From the human T2T-CHM13v2.0 reference genome, Homo sapiens, in the NCBI RefSeq assembly GCF_009914755.1, contig NC_060933.1: a stretch of DNA of 64,000 nt; one strand, written 5' to 3'. Below are positions 42,090 through 60,074 of this stretch, piece after piece. Numbering within the stretch: the first letter of the stretch is position 1; the number at the start of each line of letters is the position of its first letter. The position numbers were made by a program, and so were the translations under genes. The notes below the pieces were generated by a model. It was not told the DNA's origin. It saw only the letters and a program-made list of their open reading frames with translations, and searched no databases.

Positions 42090-44293
42090 TTTGAAATCAG
42101 GCATAGCAGCAGAAAGCTGACTCTAAGAATAGAATTTGGGGGCTGGATTACTCACTGGTATGAAAGTAACAAGAGATTCTATTTCTGGTAGTAGCTGAGG
42201 TGATGATAATCCATGGCATGTAAATGCGTCATAAGTACCAGGAATTTTCACCTCAGGTTAATTAGAATAAGATGTAGGAGGAGGGTGAAATATGTATATG
42301 TAGCCCTTTAATGTTTCAGGGACAATGGAACTATGAGGTCTAGCTTCTATTAACTGAATTAGAAGCTTTGAGGGAAAAAAAAGTGATAAGTCTTGGGGCA
42401 TCCATCTCCAATCTAAGGCAAGCTATAAAAGCCTAAGGGCCTCAATGGCAGTGTTTGAAGATATTCTTATCTCCTAAAATTAAAAGGCCGACTGTGTTAA
42501 AAATTAGACCTAGGTTTTAATTATGAAAGTGGTAGGCCTGTAAACACCATCTAGCCTTAATATATTTATGACAAAGCTATGGCTCTTATTGAAAAAATGA
42601 AACAAAATTCATGAGAAACTATGTCCTAGGGAGGGACACTTGAGCGGATAAGCATTAAGAATTTTGAACCCCTAAATTCTTCTGAATCCTCCTGGCTGTT
42701 AAAAACAGCACCCCCCAATGTTTCTGAGTAAAGTTTCCCCTCCCCTTGCCTGGAGGGCATACATGGATATTATCTGAGATGAATTTCTTACAAGTTAATG
42801 TCGTTCTCCTCAACATTCCTTCCTACAGCCCCTCTATGCCTTCAGGCAAATAACCAGGGTGAGGTTTCAGTATACTTTGAACGGGGAAGTATAATTCTGC
42901 ATCAGGAGGAAACAGATTATACATCACAGGAAAGGTAGTGCCTAGCCAGTATTTATAGCAGGAAACAAGATTACATATGTAGCAGTCAATTCAGTTTATG
43001 GGACTAAGGTGGCGGAGCAATGTAAAGACTAATATGAAGAGAATTTATTGATACCCATCATTTACTCATGATCTTAATTGAGTACTTGGGTAAGAACACC
43101 TGGCCCTGGCCCAAATATATATGTTGGAATCACCCCCTTGAAGTCTGCACACAATTATGGCCTACAGGAAATGAAATAAAGATGCTGGAATATTTTTGGC
43201 AAAGTATTGAGGAGGGACAGAGGCTGAGGATGGTAGTAAAATTAGAATGGATTTACCAGACAAGATCTGAGAACTCACCACCTGAAAGTTATGTGCCTAG
43301 GAGAGTCTAGAGGACACAATCCTAACACAGTGAAAAAGTACATTGGTGAAAGGAGAAATGGTAACTTTGAAGAGCTCAAACGTGGCTATGTTCTTTTGTC
43401 CTGGTTAAAGGTGGGACATTATTGGGCTCTGTAGTGGAATTCTAGAATGTAAGAAGCCAGGTGATGGTACTTAAACAGAAGGTGTATATAAAAGATGTAA
43501 AATGTGTAATGCTCAGCAACACGTGGTGCCTTGACCACAGGCATTTTTGGCAACAACCGGGAAATGGTGTTCCTGGGGCAAGATGTAGGTATAACAAACA
43601 AGGATGTTGTTCAATTACAAAACTGGTGGAAAATAGAATGATGGTAAGCAGAAGGCCAACATCGTTCATTGCAATGGAAGATTGTTTCTCACTCGTTCTG
43701 ACAATCAAATTAGTTCACAGAATCCAGAGTACAATGATTGAATGGAAGGCTGGTTTTACTGAGGAAGACCAGCGCTATTAACTATATATATAATAACTAT
43801 TCTCCCTTCCCTAAAGAGTCCTTGCACCATTTTGCCAGGATAACTATTCACTGGGGAAAGGTGAATGCCCAGAAATTTAAAAGATGGTTAGAACTAGGGT
43901 TTAAACACTGAAGATAGAGTACCTGTAATACTGTCATGAACCTCCAGTTAGAGTGAGGGCTATGGAGACCAGGAGATAAATTTATTCCAAATCCACTGCA
44001 CAGTGTTTCTGATCTGTTCACTTATCTGGCTGCTATTTCCCTTAAAAATGTAAATATTTCTTAAATACCTATATAAGAATGATATAATTGGCAAGTAGAA
44101 GAGCCCTCATACTGCTTCTCAAACCTGTGGGGTAAGGAACATTGTGGAAGCCAGAAAAAATCCTATGCAAGAATGAATTTTAGGATGAACTGCAGAAATT
44201 AGTATCAACATCAAAGACTTGAAAAATGCAAAAGGTGGTGACCCACATCATATGTCTATTAGATTTATCCATTTTGTTCATACAGAACCAAAA

Positions 44294-44649
44294 TGGATGG
44301 TTAATTCTGTGTGTCAACTTTCCTGGGTCATGGTGTGCAGATATGTGGTTAACATTATCCTGGATATTTCTGCAGCAGTAATCAGTAAAATTTGTGCACG
44401 CAGACTGCCCTCCACGATGTGGACAGGCCTCATCGAATCAGTTATAGGCATGAACAGAACAAAAGACTGACCTCACCTGAGCAAAAGGGATAAAAAGACT
44501 ACATACTGGGTACAGTGTACACCATTCAGTAACAGGTGTACTAAAATCTCAGAATTCAACACTATAGAATTCAACCATGTAATCAAAAACTACTTATGCC
44601 CCAAAAGCTACTGAAATAAAAAAAATTAAATTAAAATAGAGGGAATTGT

Positions 44650-44686
<37 letters not shown>

Positions 44687-44731
44687 TACACACTCACTTT
44701 TGGTTTTGTTTCTCTGGAGAATTCTAACACA
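44294..44731 (+). mobile_element. MLT2 LTR with internal (CA)n
   Basis: gatggttaattctgtgtgtcaactt...gcagactgccctcc...aacaaaagactgacc...tttctctggagaattctaacaca. Confidence 0.85.
44491..44638 (+). mobile_element. L1PB-type 3' end nested in MLT2
   Basis: gactacatactgggtacagtgtacac...aaaatctcagaattcaacacta...ccccaaaagctactgaaataaaaaaa; TSD-like aaaggga/agaggga. Confidence 0.8.
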
Positions 44732-45172
44732 ATGATAAGCTACCATAACATTAAACAACACGTCATGTAGGATCTGGTATTTGTACTGGAGCAAATTAAC
44801 AGTCTGTGATATTGGTTTATCTGACTTATGCTCACTGAGATCCCCTCAGTCCCATGTTTATTGTAACCACTGCTGAAGCAACCGGTTTTAAACATATTTT
44901 AACTAGTTTTTGCAGGTACCATCTGGCAATGCTTTATGTCATGCTCATGCTACATAGCTCACTCTTCCCGCCATAGGGTTTTATCGACATATGCTACATG
45001 ATGCCCAGAAGAAATTGTTTGGCATACACACACTCAATGTTGCAACTAGCCTTTGCAGTTGCTTTTTGTGTAAAGGGAGGATTTCTTTGCTGTGTTTTTT
45101 AAAATTATATTTTTCCATCCATTTGCTACCTTGAAGGACTCTAGGTATATAGGGCACTTGATTGAAAGAGCA

Positions 45173-45485
<313 letters not shown>

Positions 45486-46566
45486 TCATTGTCCTATAAA
45501 CAGTATTACTAATAAACTCATCTATTTAGGGAGTAATGTAATTGTATCATCTTTTTTTCTATTAAGTATACTTATTCTAAAAAGCACTAACTTTAAACAT
45601 GTTGTTTTAACATTATGAAAATACTTCTTGTAAGAGAACTATTAATAAGAACATTACTTATAAAATACATAATCAGACAATAAATTTTTCATAGTTTAAA
45701 ACAAGAATATAAAATAATGCAGAAATAGAAAATCTGTCATTTATGAGAGCACAATTAATATAAAATCCATGAATATTAACTAGTTTTCTTTTAGAATACT
45801 ATAATAGGTACATAACAAACATCCTTATACATATAAAATAGTAATCCTCCCTCCCATCTGAAACAGTTCCTATTTTTTATATCAATTTCTGTGTATATCC
45901 CAGCAATGTTATTTGTGTATAGAAACATAGATTAATACAGTAATAGATACAAGTAACTATATATACAATATAAGTAGAATTTTCCTTCAAATGGCTATAT
46001 TGATTAGCTAGACAAATATTACAAAGGAATGAGATCAATTTGCATCTTATTCAAAACGAGATTCACGAACAAACAAAACTCAGTTTTAATATTAAACCTC
46101 TATTAAGATAAAGATACCATTTCAGCTCACTTTATAAATAATTGTGCAAGAAATGTTAAAGGCCTCCCACTAAAAAATAAAGAGTACAGGTCAAACTAAA
46201 TGCTAAAGAGCTTGCATTTTAGTGAAGTAAAGAATGAAGAAGATAGGCAATCTACTCCCATCATATAGTAGGCATAGAAAGCCTAACAGCAATGTAGTCA
46301 GGTCCTCTTAAGTAAGCACTGTCAGCAAACAAAGGAACTTATCTCCAGTATAACACTGGAAAGGGAGCATGAAATTGATAAAGAACAAATGAATAATGCA
46401 TGAATGAGTGAACGAGTACTAAACGGTGAAAGTGTAAAATGACTTTATCATCCTGAAAGGAACCACAAGAACATAAAGCAGTAAAGGATATGTACGTATT
46501 TAAGCTATATTCTTAAATAAATTTTTACTTCCTTTTTGTGATTCTTTATCATTTTATGAATCTTAA

Positions 46567-46980
<414 letters not shown>

Positions 46981-47818
46981 TATTTGGGTTCTTAAGAAAA
47001 TAATCATACTGCTTTCAAATAACAAAGATTTTCCAAAACTTAATGTAACTACATGTTCCTGAAACAGTATCAGAAGGACTACTCAATAAAGAGTTATCAA
47101 GCCATTTTTAAATTATAACAGGAGTGGTGGGGGGGATCTAAAATCTTACACAATAATTATTTGAGGCAGGCCACATTTATTTGCAAATGTACCAACCCAC
47201 TAACTGTTGATCACGTGTTAAATGCAAGCTTTTAAAAAAATATATAGATTTTGCTCATATTTTAGAAATGTCCAATCTAATATATGGTCTTCATTTCATC
47301 ATAAATATAATACATTTTCCTTTGGAGAGGTATTTTTCTTCCCATCAAATTATGTTACTTTTTGTTCTTTATGGGGAAAGGAAATAATGTAAAAGAGATT
47401 AAGGTGAGGTTTACCTCAGCCCTGATTAAAGTCAAACTTAAAAAAAAAAAAAAAAACTCTACCAAATTGGTGAGTGTTATGAGACAAAAGTAGTGTAGTG
47501 ATTTAATTGAGGCTGAGAGTCAGATGATCAGAAATTTTTTATTTCTGCACGAACCTGAAAGATTAAAATAGTTATAAATAAGCACTACTTGATTTCAGAA
47601 ATCCAGTTCATTGTTTTTAATATGTGCCTGTGGGTTTGCAAAATAAGTGGATTATGTTTCAAGTGGAGAGAAACCCATAATATTAAAAATATTCAAAATT
47701 AATACAGAAGATACATATGTTTTGTTATGTGGTTTATCATTTTGTCACACATTTAATCTAGTATTAAATACTTATTCTTCACAAATAGCTATTTCAGATA
47801 ATTAAGGTAGGACATATG

Positions 47819-47872
47819 TGAATGAGACAAGGGAATGGCCCATACATGAATGAGACAAGGGAATGGCCCATA
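47819..47872. repeat. 28-bp-period tandem duplication
   Basis: tgaatgagacaagggaatggcccata-ca-tgaatgagacaagggaatggcccata. Confidence 0.95.
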
Positions 47873-48689
47873 GGAGCTAGTTACCTAGTAATAGAGACAG
47901 ATCAATGTATTAGCATTAATAAATCACAAGTTAGAGAGCAATGAGATTTTGTTTTCTAGCACTGAAGAATCTAAATAACTGAATCTTCTCCACATAAAAT
48001 AGAAAGCAGATAAAATGTATGAATAAATTGTAATCAATATCAACTTTAAACACATATTAGATGAAAAGAAAAGATGATGTTTATGTTATAACTGCCCATA
48101 GGTGGTAGCAAAAAAAATCAGTGCCCGTAACTAGCTAAGGGTCAGAACCTAACAAGAGAAACTATTGGGCTCAAGTTAAGTTGAAATTTGGAGTTGAGAA
48201 CTCCATGTATAGCTGAAGCTCATGGAGAACATACAACTAATTTAAAAATAAATTGTTTGAGAAAAAGCATGCCCACTGTATTCATTTTGACTCCACAAAA
48301 AATAAATCCCATTTATATGTATGTATATATAAACAGACACAAAAAGTGATCCAGAGCTACTAACATCCATGGGAACATTAACAGAGGCAAAGAATACTCC
48401 TCTTTTTAAGATATCTCATAAATCCAAATCATATGGAATTCTGAAAAATAAAATCCTGTTAAACATTAATGTACAACCTAAAATTACAAAAGACATATTG
48501 ATACAAAGCTTAACAAGAAAGGACTTGTACACATGCAGACAATAAGATAATACTTAAAATTATTAATGTTTCAAAGGAAAAAACAGATAAACAAGGTAAA
48601 ATGTTACAAGAGAGCAAGCATATTTACAAAAAATTATACAATTAAATATCCGATGATTTAAAAATAATTGAAATTAAAATTCAAAGGAA

Positions 48690-51948
<3,259 letters not shown>

Positions 51949-51983
51949 TGAACATTTATTAAAAACAAAGAAAATAGAAATAA

Positions 51984-52274
<291 letters not shown>

Positions 52275-53063
52275 TAAATGAATTACTGATATCACTTGTA
52301 TATACATATATATGCATATATTTAAAATTTGTATATATAAATATAGCCCACAAGCAGATACATACTCTCTCCTTTCAAGAATAAGGATTACTATATGTAT
52401 CTTGCACTCCCTATCAAAACCTGGAATTGGAATTTTCAAAACCAAGGAACTTGAGGCACAAACAACATGCCTTTGTCATCTGTTCCTTGTTTGAGAAACA
52501 ATAGGCAATGTATTTGCTGAAACAGTGGTTTTTAATAAATAAGTGAAATTGAGAACAAACAAGAAGAATGATTTCCTATGGACCTTTTGTTTTGAACATT
52601 AATTTAATATGATAAAGTCGGCTCATTTGCCCACAAGGTTGAAAGTTCCCAGGAGCATTAGTAAAAATTCATTCAAGGACCATTAAATGGAGCTGGCTAT
52701 ATAGCAATTGGTGTGCTTCATTTTGGAGGTTAAATACTGAATAAAGTATTATTTTTGCCCTTACAGTGATTACTTGACTGCCAGCAGAGTGTGGGAAATG
52801 TTATGACAGAGTGTGGGAAGCAGGATGCTGGCAACACTGAGTGCAATTCCATGCCTTCACTTACTCTGACAATCAGATAAGATGATGAAATACAGCACTG
52901 TAATACGGTGCTTGGCAAACATGATGATCAATTATAAAAATGTAACTACAATAAAATCTAGAAGTCACAGTCCATTAAAATGCAAAACATAGTTATTGTC
53001 ACATATGTCTCTTATTAGTCATGGTATTATTTCCACTAGTGCTTTTAAAAACAATTTCATAGA

Positions 53064-53147
53064 GGTTTAAGATGATGAATATGCTAATTACCCTAATTTG
53101 ACCCATCAACATATACAATTATTATGTACCAATTTAAAAATAAGGAA
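53064..53147 (+). mobile_element. Very short L1MA 3' end with 17-bp TSD
   Basis: gatgatgaatatgctaattaccctaatttga/cccatcaacatatacaattattatgt; TSD aaaaa(c/g)aatttcataga after tttt. Confidence 0.75.
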
Positions 53148-55179
53148 AAAAAGAATTTCATAGAAAATAACTTAGAATCAGGTAGAAGAAAATAATCCCA
53201 TAGAAACAAGTATAAGCAAATTTTAGTTCACCTAAGTTGCAGAACATCCTGGGTCTTGCTTCTGACAGCAGAACCAAATTTTTAAAAAGTTAATGATTAA
53301 AAGAATACTGTTAAGCTTTCTAAAATCACAAACCAAGCAATGAAGGCTGAACATATCAAAATACGTCAGGAATTTATGACTGGTCAAGTTATCCTAGGAG
53401 AAAGAAAAGCATGCTAAGTTTGAGGTTCATTTTAAGACAACCAAATTGAGAAAGTGATAACAGAAAACAATAATTAAGTTATAGAGAAACACAATAAAGG
53501 AAGCTAAAGGCAGTAGTTAATTAAAGAATTACCAACAAACAATTTGATTTCCTATCTATCCAGCTAAACAAATCCTTTATAAAGAAAATTAGAATATCTG
53601 TTGAACATATTGAACCTTATATAAATGTTCTCACTTGTGTGAGAACATTTAAAGCACAATTCACCCAAACATTAAGCCATTAAGCCATTAAGCCACAGTC
53701 AATATTTAGAAAATTGCCTCTGTAAACTCCGTTGCCCTTTTTTTCTACAACTGCCAACATTACTTCAGTTGTCTAAAAGTTACGATTAACGGTAGACATA
53801 AATACTATGTCCATCCATCCACCTTTTATACTTCTTTTCGTATGGTCTAATTGTTGTATGTATCTACATCTTATCACCTCATATGAAGCTGAATGTCTCT
53901 TACTGGCTGAAACTACACATTCAATAAGTTTCATATTTATACATCTGACTTAGAATCTTAGCAGAAATATAAGAGTTCAATAAAGACTGTTCCCAAAAGA
54001 AAATATAGTAGCACAATTTTCAAGTTGTAATGCACCATAACTTGAATAAAACAACTGAATGAGAATGAATAAACTTACGTCAAACACTAGAAATATAATG
54101 GGAGTCTGCTGTGGCCATAAAGTAATAGTATAGTAGTACCATTATAGTAGTACTTTATATAGTTACACTATATAAAGTAAAAGTAGTATTTAAAGGTTAT
54201 CTGACAAGCCTAGGGATGTATAAGAGATTTATTATTTCAGCCAGATAATTTGACTTTAGTAACAAGTTTAGTAGAAAAGTAAATCAGGTGGATTTAATGT
54301 CTTCTTCCATTTTAAAAAATGTTTTTATAAATCCATAATACAATACTGAGATTTAAAAAATCCTTGTCAAATTCAGGCAAATTTAAAAAAGAAAAAAACT
54401 TACTTGACTCCATTAAACACAATTGTATGTACCTAAATTTCATTTTCCATTACTAACATCTAACACTTTAAGTCTATTTGGCACTCAATAGATCCCTGTA
54501 AGTCCCATTAACAGCAATGGGAATTCTATGGGCAGAGAGAAAAGAGAAATGCCTCTAAGTGTAAATAGTTTCTCCTTTATAACTTTAATAATTAACCTCT
54601 GCTTTCTACCCAATTTTCTATGTTGGATGTTTTAATTACTTAAATGAAAATGACTGGATTGTAATGGAAACCAGATGGAAGCATCATCGAATAAATCAAG
54701 GAAATACAGTGGCAACGTCACTTTACACAAGTATAGAGTTTATTGTCATAAAAAAGGCAGCATAAAATATGCAGTCAAACAACAAAATTTGGGTAGGTAG
54801 AGACAGTTGATGTTTAATCATGTAACAGAGCCTTTCCTTTTTGGTAATAAAAACCCCAAGTTCAGACCAAGAAGGACAAAGCGATTATCAACTAAAAGCT
54901 TTAGAGGTGATATATGAAGAGATGAACTTATGGCTTCAATTTAGTTCCTGAAGGGTACCATGCACTAACTCAATGATAATTAGAAAGCTGTCAAAGGATT
55001 CATCAACATTGGAAACTAAACACTTGGATTCACAAACGTCTTAAGTCCAAGTGAAGTTCTTATTTACAAATGATTCTACTTGCTCCATGGAAAATTATGC
55101 CTCCTTTCCATTTTTATGAGCATTTCTTTCATGCATTAATATATATGAATGGCACATCAGAGATTTAAAATGTGTATGA

Positions 55180-55292
55180 GTCAGAGAGACACAGACAGAG
55201 CCAGACAGAGGCAGAGGCAGGCAGAGACGGAGGCAGAGACGGAGGCAGAGACGGAGGCAGAGACAGACAAAGACAGAGACAGACAGAGACAG
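55180..55292. repeat. (GAGRCA/GAGACG)n hexamer-based simple repeat
   Basis: gaggcagagacg x3 within gacaga runs. Confidence 0.9.
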
Positions 55293-56829
55293 ATGCCTGT
55301 ATGGGCTTTTGAAATATAACCAGAAAGATATCTATTTCAATTTGAAGGTTTCTCAAATTGGGGGAAAAAAGAATCATCAAGTCAATACTGAATTTAGTTT
55401 GGGAGTGAGGGAATCATCTATCAAATATTTAACCGCTACTGGGACAAGAAAGAATGTAATAGCAGGCTTGTTAGAAATACGTTCTCTACTTTAAAATGCA
55501 TGATGTATTTTGAAGACAGGTGCAGGTCATGGTGTAAATATGTTGCTCATAATTTCTTAGAAAAGTTTTGAGAGAATGAGAATGTTTTCTTTCCGTATAA
55601 TTCCACATACTTTTAAGGATGCAGAGTAAAATCTAAAGAAGCTTAGCAGGATAGGACAATAGTTTCCTTCGCAGGAAAAAAGCAGAAAATTTTACCTTAA
55701 TTATGACTCAGTGGAAACGGGAGGAAATCCTCTTGACGTGGGTTAGGAGTGGGGCAAATCTACTTTTCCATTAGAACCTTACAACAGGTTTGATTTTCTT
55801 TTTAGTTTATAAAGTTTTTAAAAAATGTTTAGTTTATAAGCCTATTCAAACTATGGTTAGCAGGCTAAATGATATTTACATTTCTTTAGGAAAAAAATAC
55901 ATTCATTTTTATCTCCATTGCTTATAACTTAGTGTTCAAAAGTGAAAACATTTTAACAATGTAATAAACTAAGGCTTAGTTTGTGAGGATAAATACGGAA
56001 TTTGTATGCTTTCTGTTTCAACCAGGAAGTATAATATGTACTCCAAGATCTAACTAAACTAATTTTTCATTTGAAATATAGGGAAATAAACTTATTTTTG
56101 TCCTAATTTTTCTTCTCTTACTTGCAAGTAAAATATGTTCATGCAAAAATAGGATGCTAACAAAAATTCATAATTTTATTTTGGTATTAGGACTCTTATT
56201 TCAACAATGTGTAATAAATTAAGTCTGTTCATTACAACAGACCTTCAAATGAGGATGCACAAACACACACAACGACACACAGAGTCCAAATTAGCAAATT
56301 TTTCATAACGTGGATAGATTCAAACTGCCCTTAAAAATTGCAAGAATATTAGTTCTGGGAATGCTAGAACCATAGAATCATGAAAAATAAACTGCTGTGG
56401 AACCTCAGGTTGGGGTGGTTGTTAATTTTACTTTGGAGTGGATGCAGCAGGTAGATTTAAGAGGAGCAACAGGCAAGGCTTCTAAGAAGAAACAATATGT
56501 GAGTTGGGTGTTAATGAGAGGAGAAGGCTTTCAAAACGGAGGAGACTGGTGAGGCAGGTATAAAGACATGATAAATAGTCACGGATTAGCAGAAAAGGGA
56601 ACATCTCAGGATGGGCTTAGAGCACTTGTCGGGGACAGGAGATAATGTTAGACAATGAGATTGAATATGTAGACAGCAGGTCAGTTCAAAAGGACCTCAT
56701 GCCATGCTAAGGAGATTCAGAGTTAATTGTGGCTCTAATAGTATTTATTAAGGAAAGGCAATATTTTTCTGTTCTATTACCTACTCCTTCTTTTCTCCTC
56801 TGACCTAATACTTGTTTCCTAAGAATTAT

Positions 56830-57045
56830 CTGGAGCCACACAGATGTGAGTTGAAACATCGGCTTTTAAATTTTGGCTGTAAGTGTTGGGTAAGTGTTGT
56901 AAGCCCCTCCACTCTTCAGATATCACAATTGTTAAATGAAATAGTAACAGTACTTATGCTACATTGTCAACATTAAAACTTAGAGCTCTTGAAAATCATC
57001 TAGGACAGCATGACATACAGTAGGTGTACAATGAACACTATTTGT
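56830..57045 (+). mobile_element. MIR SINE
   Basis: ctggagccacacagatgtgagttgaaac...ttgggtaagtg...aaatgaaatagtaacagtact. Confidence 0.6.
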
Positions 57046-58099
57046 TTATGCATATTAGCATGTCTCTTTCCTTAGTGAGCATGTTGTATGATTTAACATA
57101 TCAACAGATAATTGCATGTATGCATGCTCTCTTTTGTTTGCTTTTGAGTATATTGCTAAAAGCAAGCACAAAAAGTCAGGTTTTTATATTACTTATTTGA
57201 GAGAGGCTTGGGACTGCATAGAAGCATGCTGTTTTCCACTTTGGTATTTACACATAGAGAAACTATGCCCTCGACTCTACTGGCTCTCGGTTTTTTAATA
57301 AAGGATAGATAAAAGGAGACCATCCTAAATTGGCAATTCTATTTGCACACCTGGACAGAAACTAAAGACCTAAGGCTATTTTTCGCAACACAAGGAAAGA
57401 TTTATTCTCAACTTCTAATTTATCAATAAAATATATATTCTATGCAATCACCTAAGTTCATATCATCAGTCACATTTACTAAAATCTTCAGACTTTCTAG
57501 GTTCATAGACCTCGTGATTATTTTTCTTTTTGACACATCATATGTTCTTTCAAAGTAAATTTTACTAAAACTGTTTCTAAGGTAGGCGTGTGCTATGGCA
57601 GCAAGGAGGTACCTTATCAGTAAAAGCTCTTGCTTCCATTGTAGAGCTAAGGGGTTTCAATGTGAATAACAAATTATTCTCCATAAAAGGCTGAGCTATT
57701 AAAATAAGGATCTCCACAAAAAGATTACAAATCATTTTAAAAAGATATGCCCTGCTTATTATCTGAATTCACTTAAATATGTTGTAGTCACATTGAGCTG
57801 TGCAAACTGTTTTAGGAAAAAAGTCATGAATGGGGAGAAGTGGATTTGGGGGAAAGTCCATCATATGAATGATGGCAGATTTCAGTTGTACACTCCTTCG
57901 GTCAGTGTTAACTGCTCCTGAGGAATCAAGGAGACAGGAGGAAGATTAACTTAAAAATACAAAAACTTACAGATGCTTTAGACAGAGCATCGAGGAAGAG
58001 AAGAAAGAAAACTGGCTGTTTCTAGCCATTAACAGAAACAGCTCACTTTTACTCATTTCCATTGTAGCAGGCATTGAATAAACCCCTTTAAATACTGCC

Positions 58100-58480
58100 T
58101 CTGTGAATTCTTACAAATGCTAGTCCCATTTGACAGAAGTAGCAGCAATCTGAATAATGGAGAGTTTAGGGACTACACATCACAGATAGGAGATAGCAAT
58201 GACAGGATCTGACCTTAGGCAGCATGTCTCCAATGGCTGAGAACTTCACCAGGGTAAGTCCATGTAGTATAATGTTTCAGTCAAGTTCTGTAGTCAGTCT
58301 GCCTGGGACCCATGCCTTATTATCTGCACATTCTTAGACAAATGCCTCAGCCACTCTTTGCCTCAGTTTTATCATCAGCAAATTGTAGATATAAAAATAG
58401 TGCCTCCCTCAGAGTTGTGAGAATTACATGCACTACACTGAATGTTAGCAATTCTTGTCATTATCATTATTAGCAATAAA
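58100..58480. mobile_element. Two adjacent oppositely oriented MIR fragments
   Basis: cccatttgacaga...gaccttaggcagc (minus) followed by gtcagtctgcctggg...tgcctcagttttatcatc (plus). Confidence 0.5.
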
Positions 58481-58649
58481 GTGACAAATTTGTAGAAATA
58501 AAGGCCCTTAACAACTAGAATTTATGCCAAGTTGTCATTAACAGAGGAAAATAGAGAAGGGTCGTCACAGTAAGCCTCTTCCCATCCTGTTTTAAGTTCT
58601 GTCTATTAAGGATAGTGCAGAATCATTGGTTGAGAGAGGGAAGGAAGAA

Positions 58650-58840
58650 AACATTTATTGAGAAACAATTATGTATTAGAAGGTATGCTAGGTAATTTTA
58701 CATGTTACATCATTCAATCCTTACAGTGACCATAAAAGATGAATATTATCTCACTTTTCAGATGAGGAACATGAGGTTCATAGGGTTTAAGAGATTTTCC
58801 TGAAGTCATAGAGAATTAAAAGTTGTATTAGGATTAAAAC
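58650..58840 (-). mobile_element. MIR SINE
   Basis: cattcaatccttacagtgacc...attatctcacttttcagatgaggaacatgaggttcatagggtttaag. Confidence 0.75.
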
Positions 58841-60074
58841 AGAAAATGAGAAGTTTAAGCATCCCATGGGGTTGGCAGTTTTGGTTTGCAATGTGCTTTC
58901 GCTTTTTTATTTCAAAATCTTTAAGAACTATTGATATAGACATTGAACATGCGTAAAAAGTTGAAAGGTAAATCAAAGAGAATTGTTAACTCAAAATCCT
59001 TTTAAGCATACCATACCTGAGAAATAGCAAAAATTAATAGGTTTTACAAGTATACTTGATAGAAGCTTTGTTTTCAATATATACTGATATTATGATACAT
59101 AAACATATTAAGAAAAATTTGTCACAAAATTTTAGAATTTGATATCCACATTAGAGAAGCTTTTGTATAAACTATTCAGATCAGAAGACAGTGATAAAAA
59201 TGTTCTCTCATGCATATCATAATGACTAAATGTACACAGGTCCATTACTTTAAAGATTTTGGACTAGGTAAAAGAATCCTATTTTAGAATATTAAAAATT
59301 TATCACATTTTAAAGGGAACCTATTATTCTTCAATGAAACCATGAAGCCACAATTTTGAGTAATAACCACATGCAGTGTGCTACACTAGGACATTTGAAG
59401 GCCACAGACTTTTCAACTTCCAGTGAAGCTGGAGAGGAACAGAGCTGATTTGACTAAAAGTGATAATGACATTTCTAGTAGATTCATTCAGTAGTACAAC
59501 CCCTAAAACGTAATTTTGCACTGTCTTATTAAGAAACATATTTTAAGATACGCTTTGAGTAAATGTAACAGCAAGATATTAAAACATACACCTGTAAAAT
59601 AATCAAGAAAATATATTTGCATATCTAATTATAACCATTCAAATTAGCTATAAAGAATTAAATGCAAAAGTAAAGAGCAACTAGTCAATAATCTTGACAT
59701 AGTGGTCCAGAGAATGCTGTACTTTGGGAGAGAAGCAGAGAGCACCAAAAAGAGGGTCTTTGCCTAATGTGGTGTGTTTTGAGAATGGAAGGGAAGGGTA
59801 GGCTTCCTGATCAAGTTGTCAGTTCCTTTCTTTATGAATTCTGAGGATTCCCAAAAAGAAAAATTCCTCTTCCACTCCTACAAAAAAGCTAGGTCACAGA
59901 AACAACAACAACAACAAAAACCAAACAAACAAAAAATTAGCACAAGGCCGTTAATCTCAACCTTAATTCAGTTTGGCATTAGAGAACGAGAAAGGAAAGA
60001 AAACTTAATGAAAAAGAACCAAAGACACAGAACTAAGGATGTGATAACTTAATAACTGAATAAGTTATTAAGAA

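Larger units (their letters stand above)
42090..44825 (+). mobile_element. ERVL internal region (HERV16/ERV3-16A3-like gag-pro-pol relic), interrupted by MLT2
   Basis: ORF 43068-43310 WPTGNEIKMLEYFWQSIEEGQRLR...LEWIY resembles ERVL Gag; ataactattcactggggaaagg is protease-like; gcagaaattagtatcaacatcaaagacttgaaaaatgca and tactggagcaaattaac are pol-like. Confidence 0.75.
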
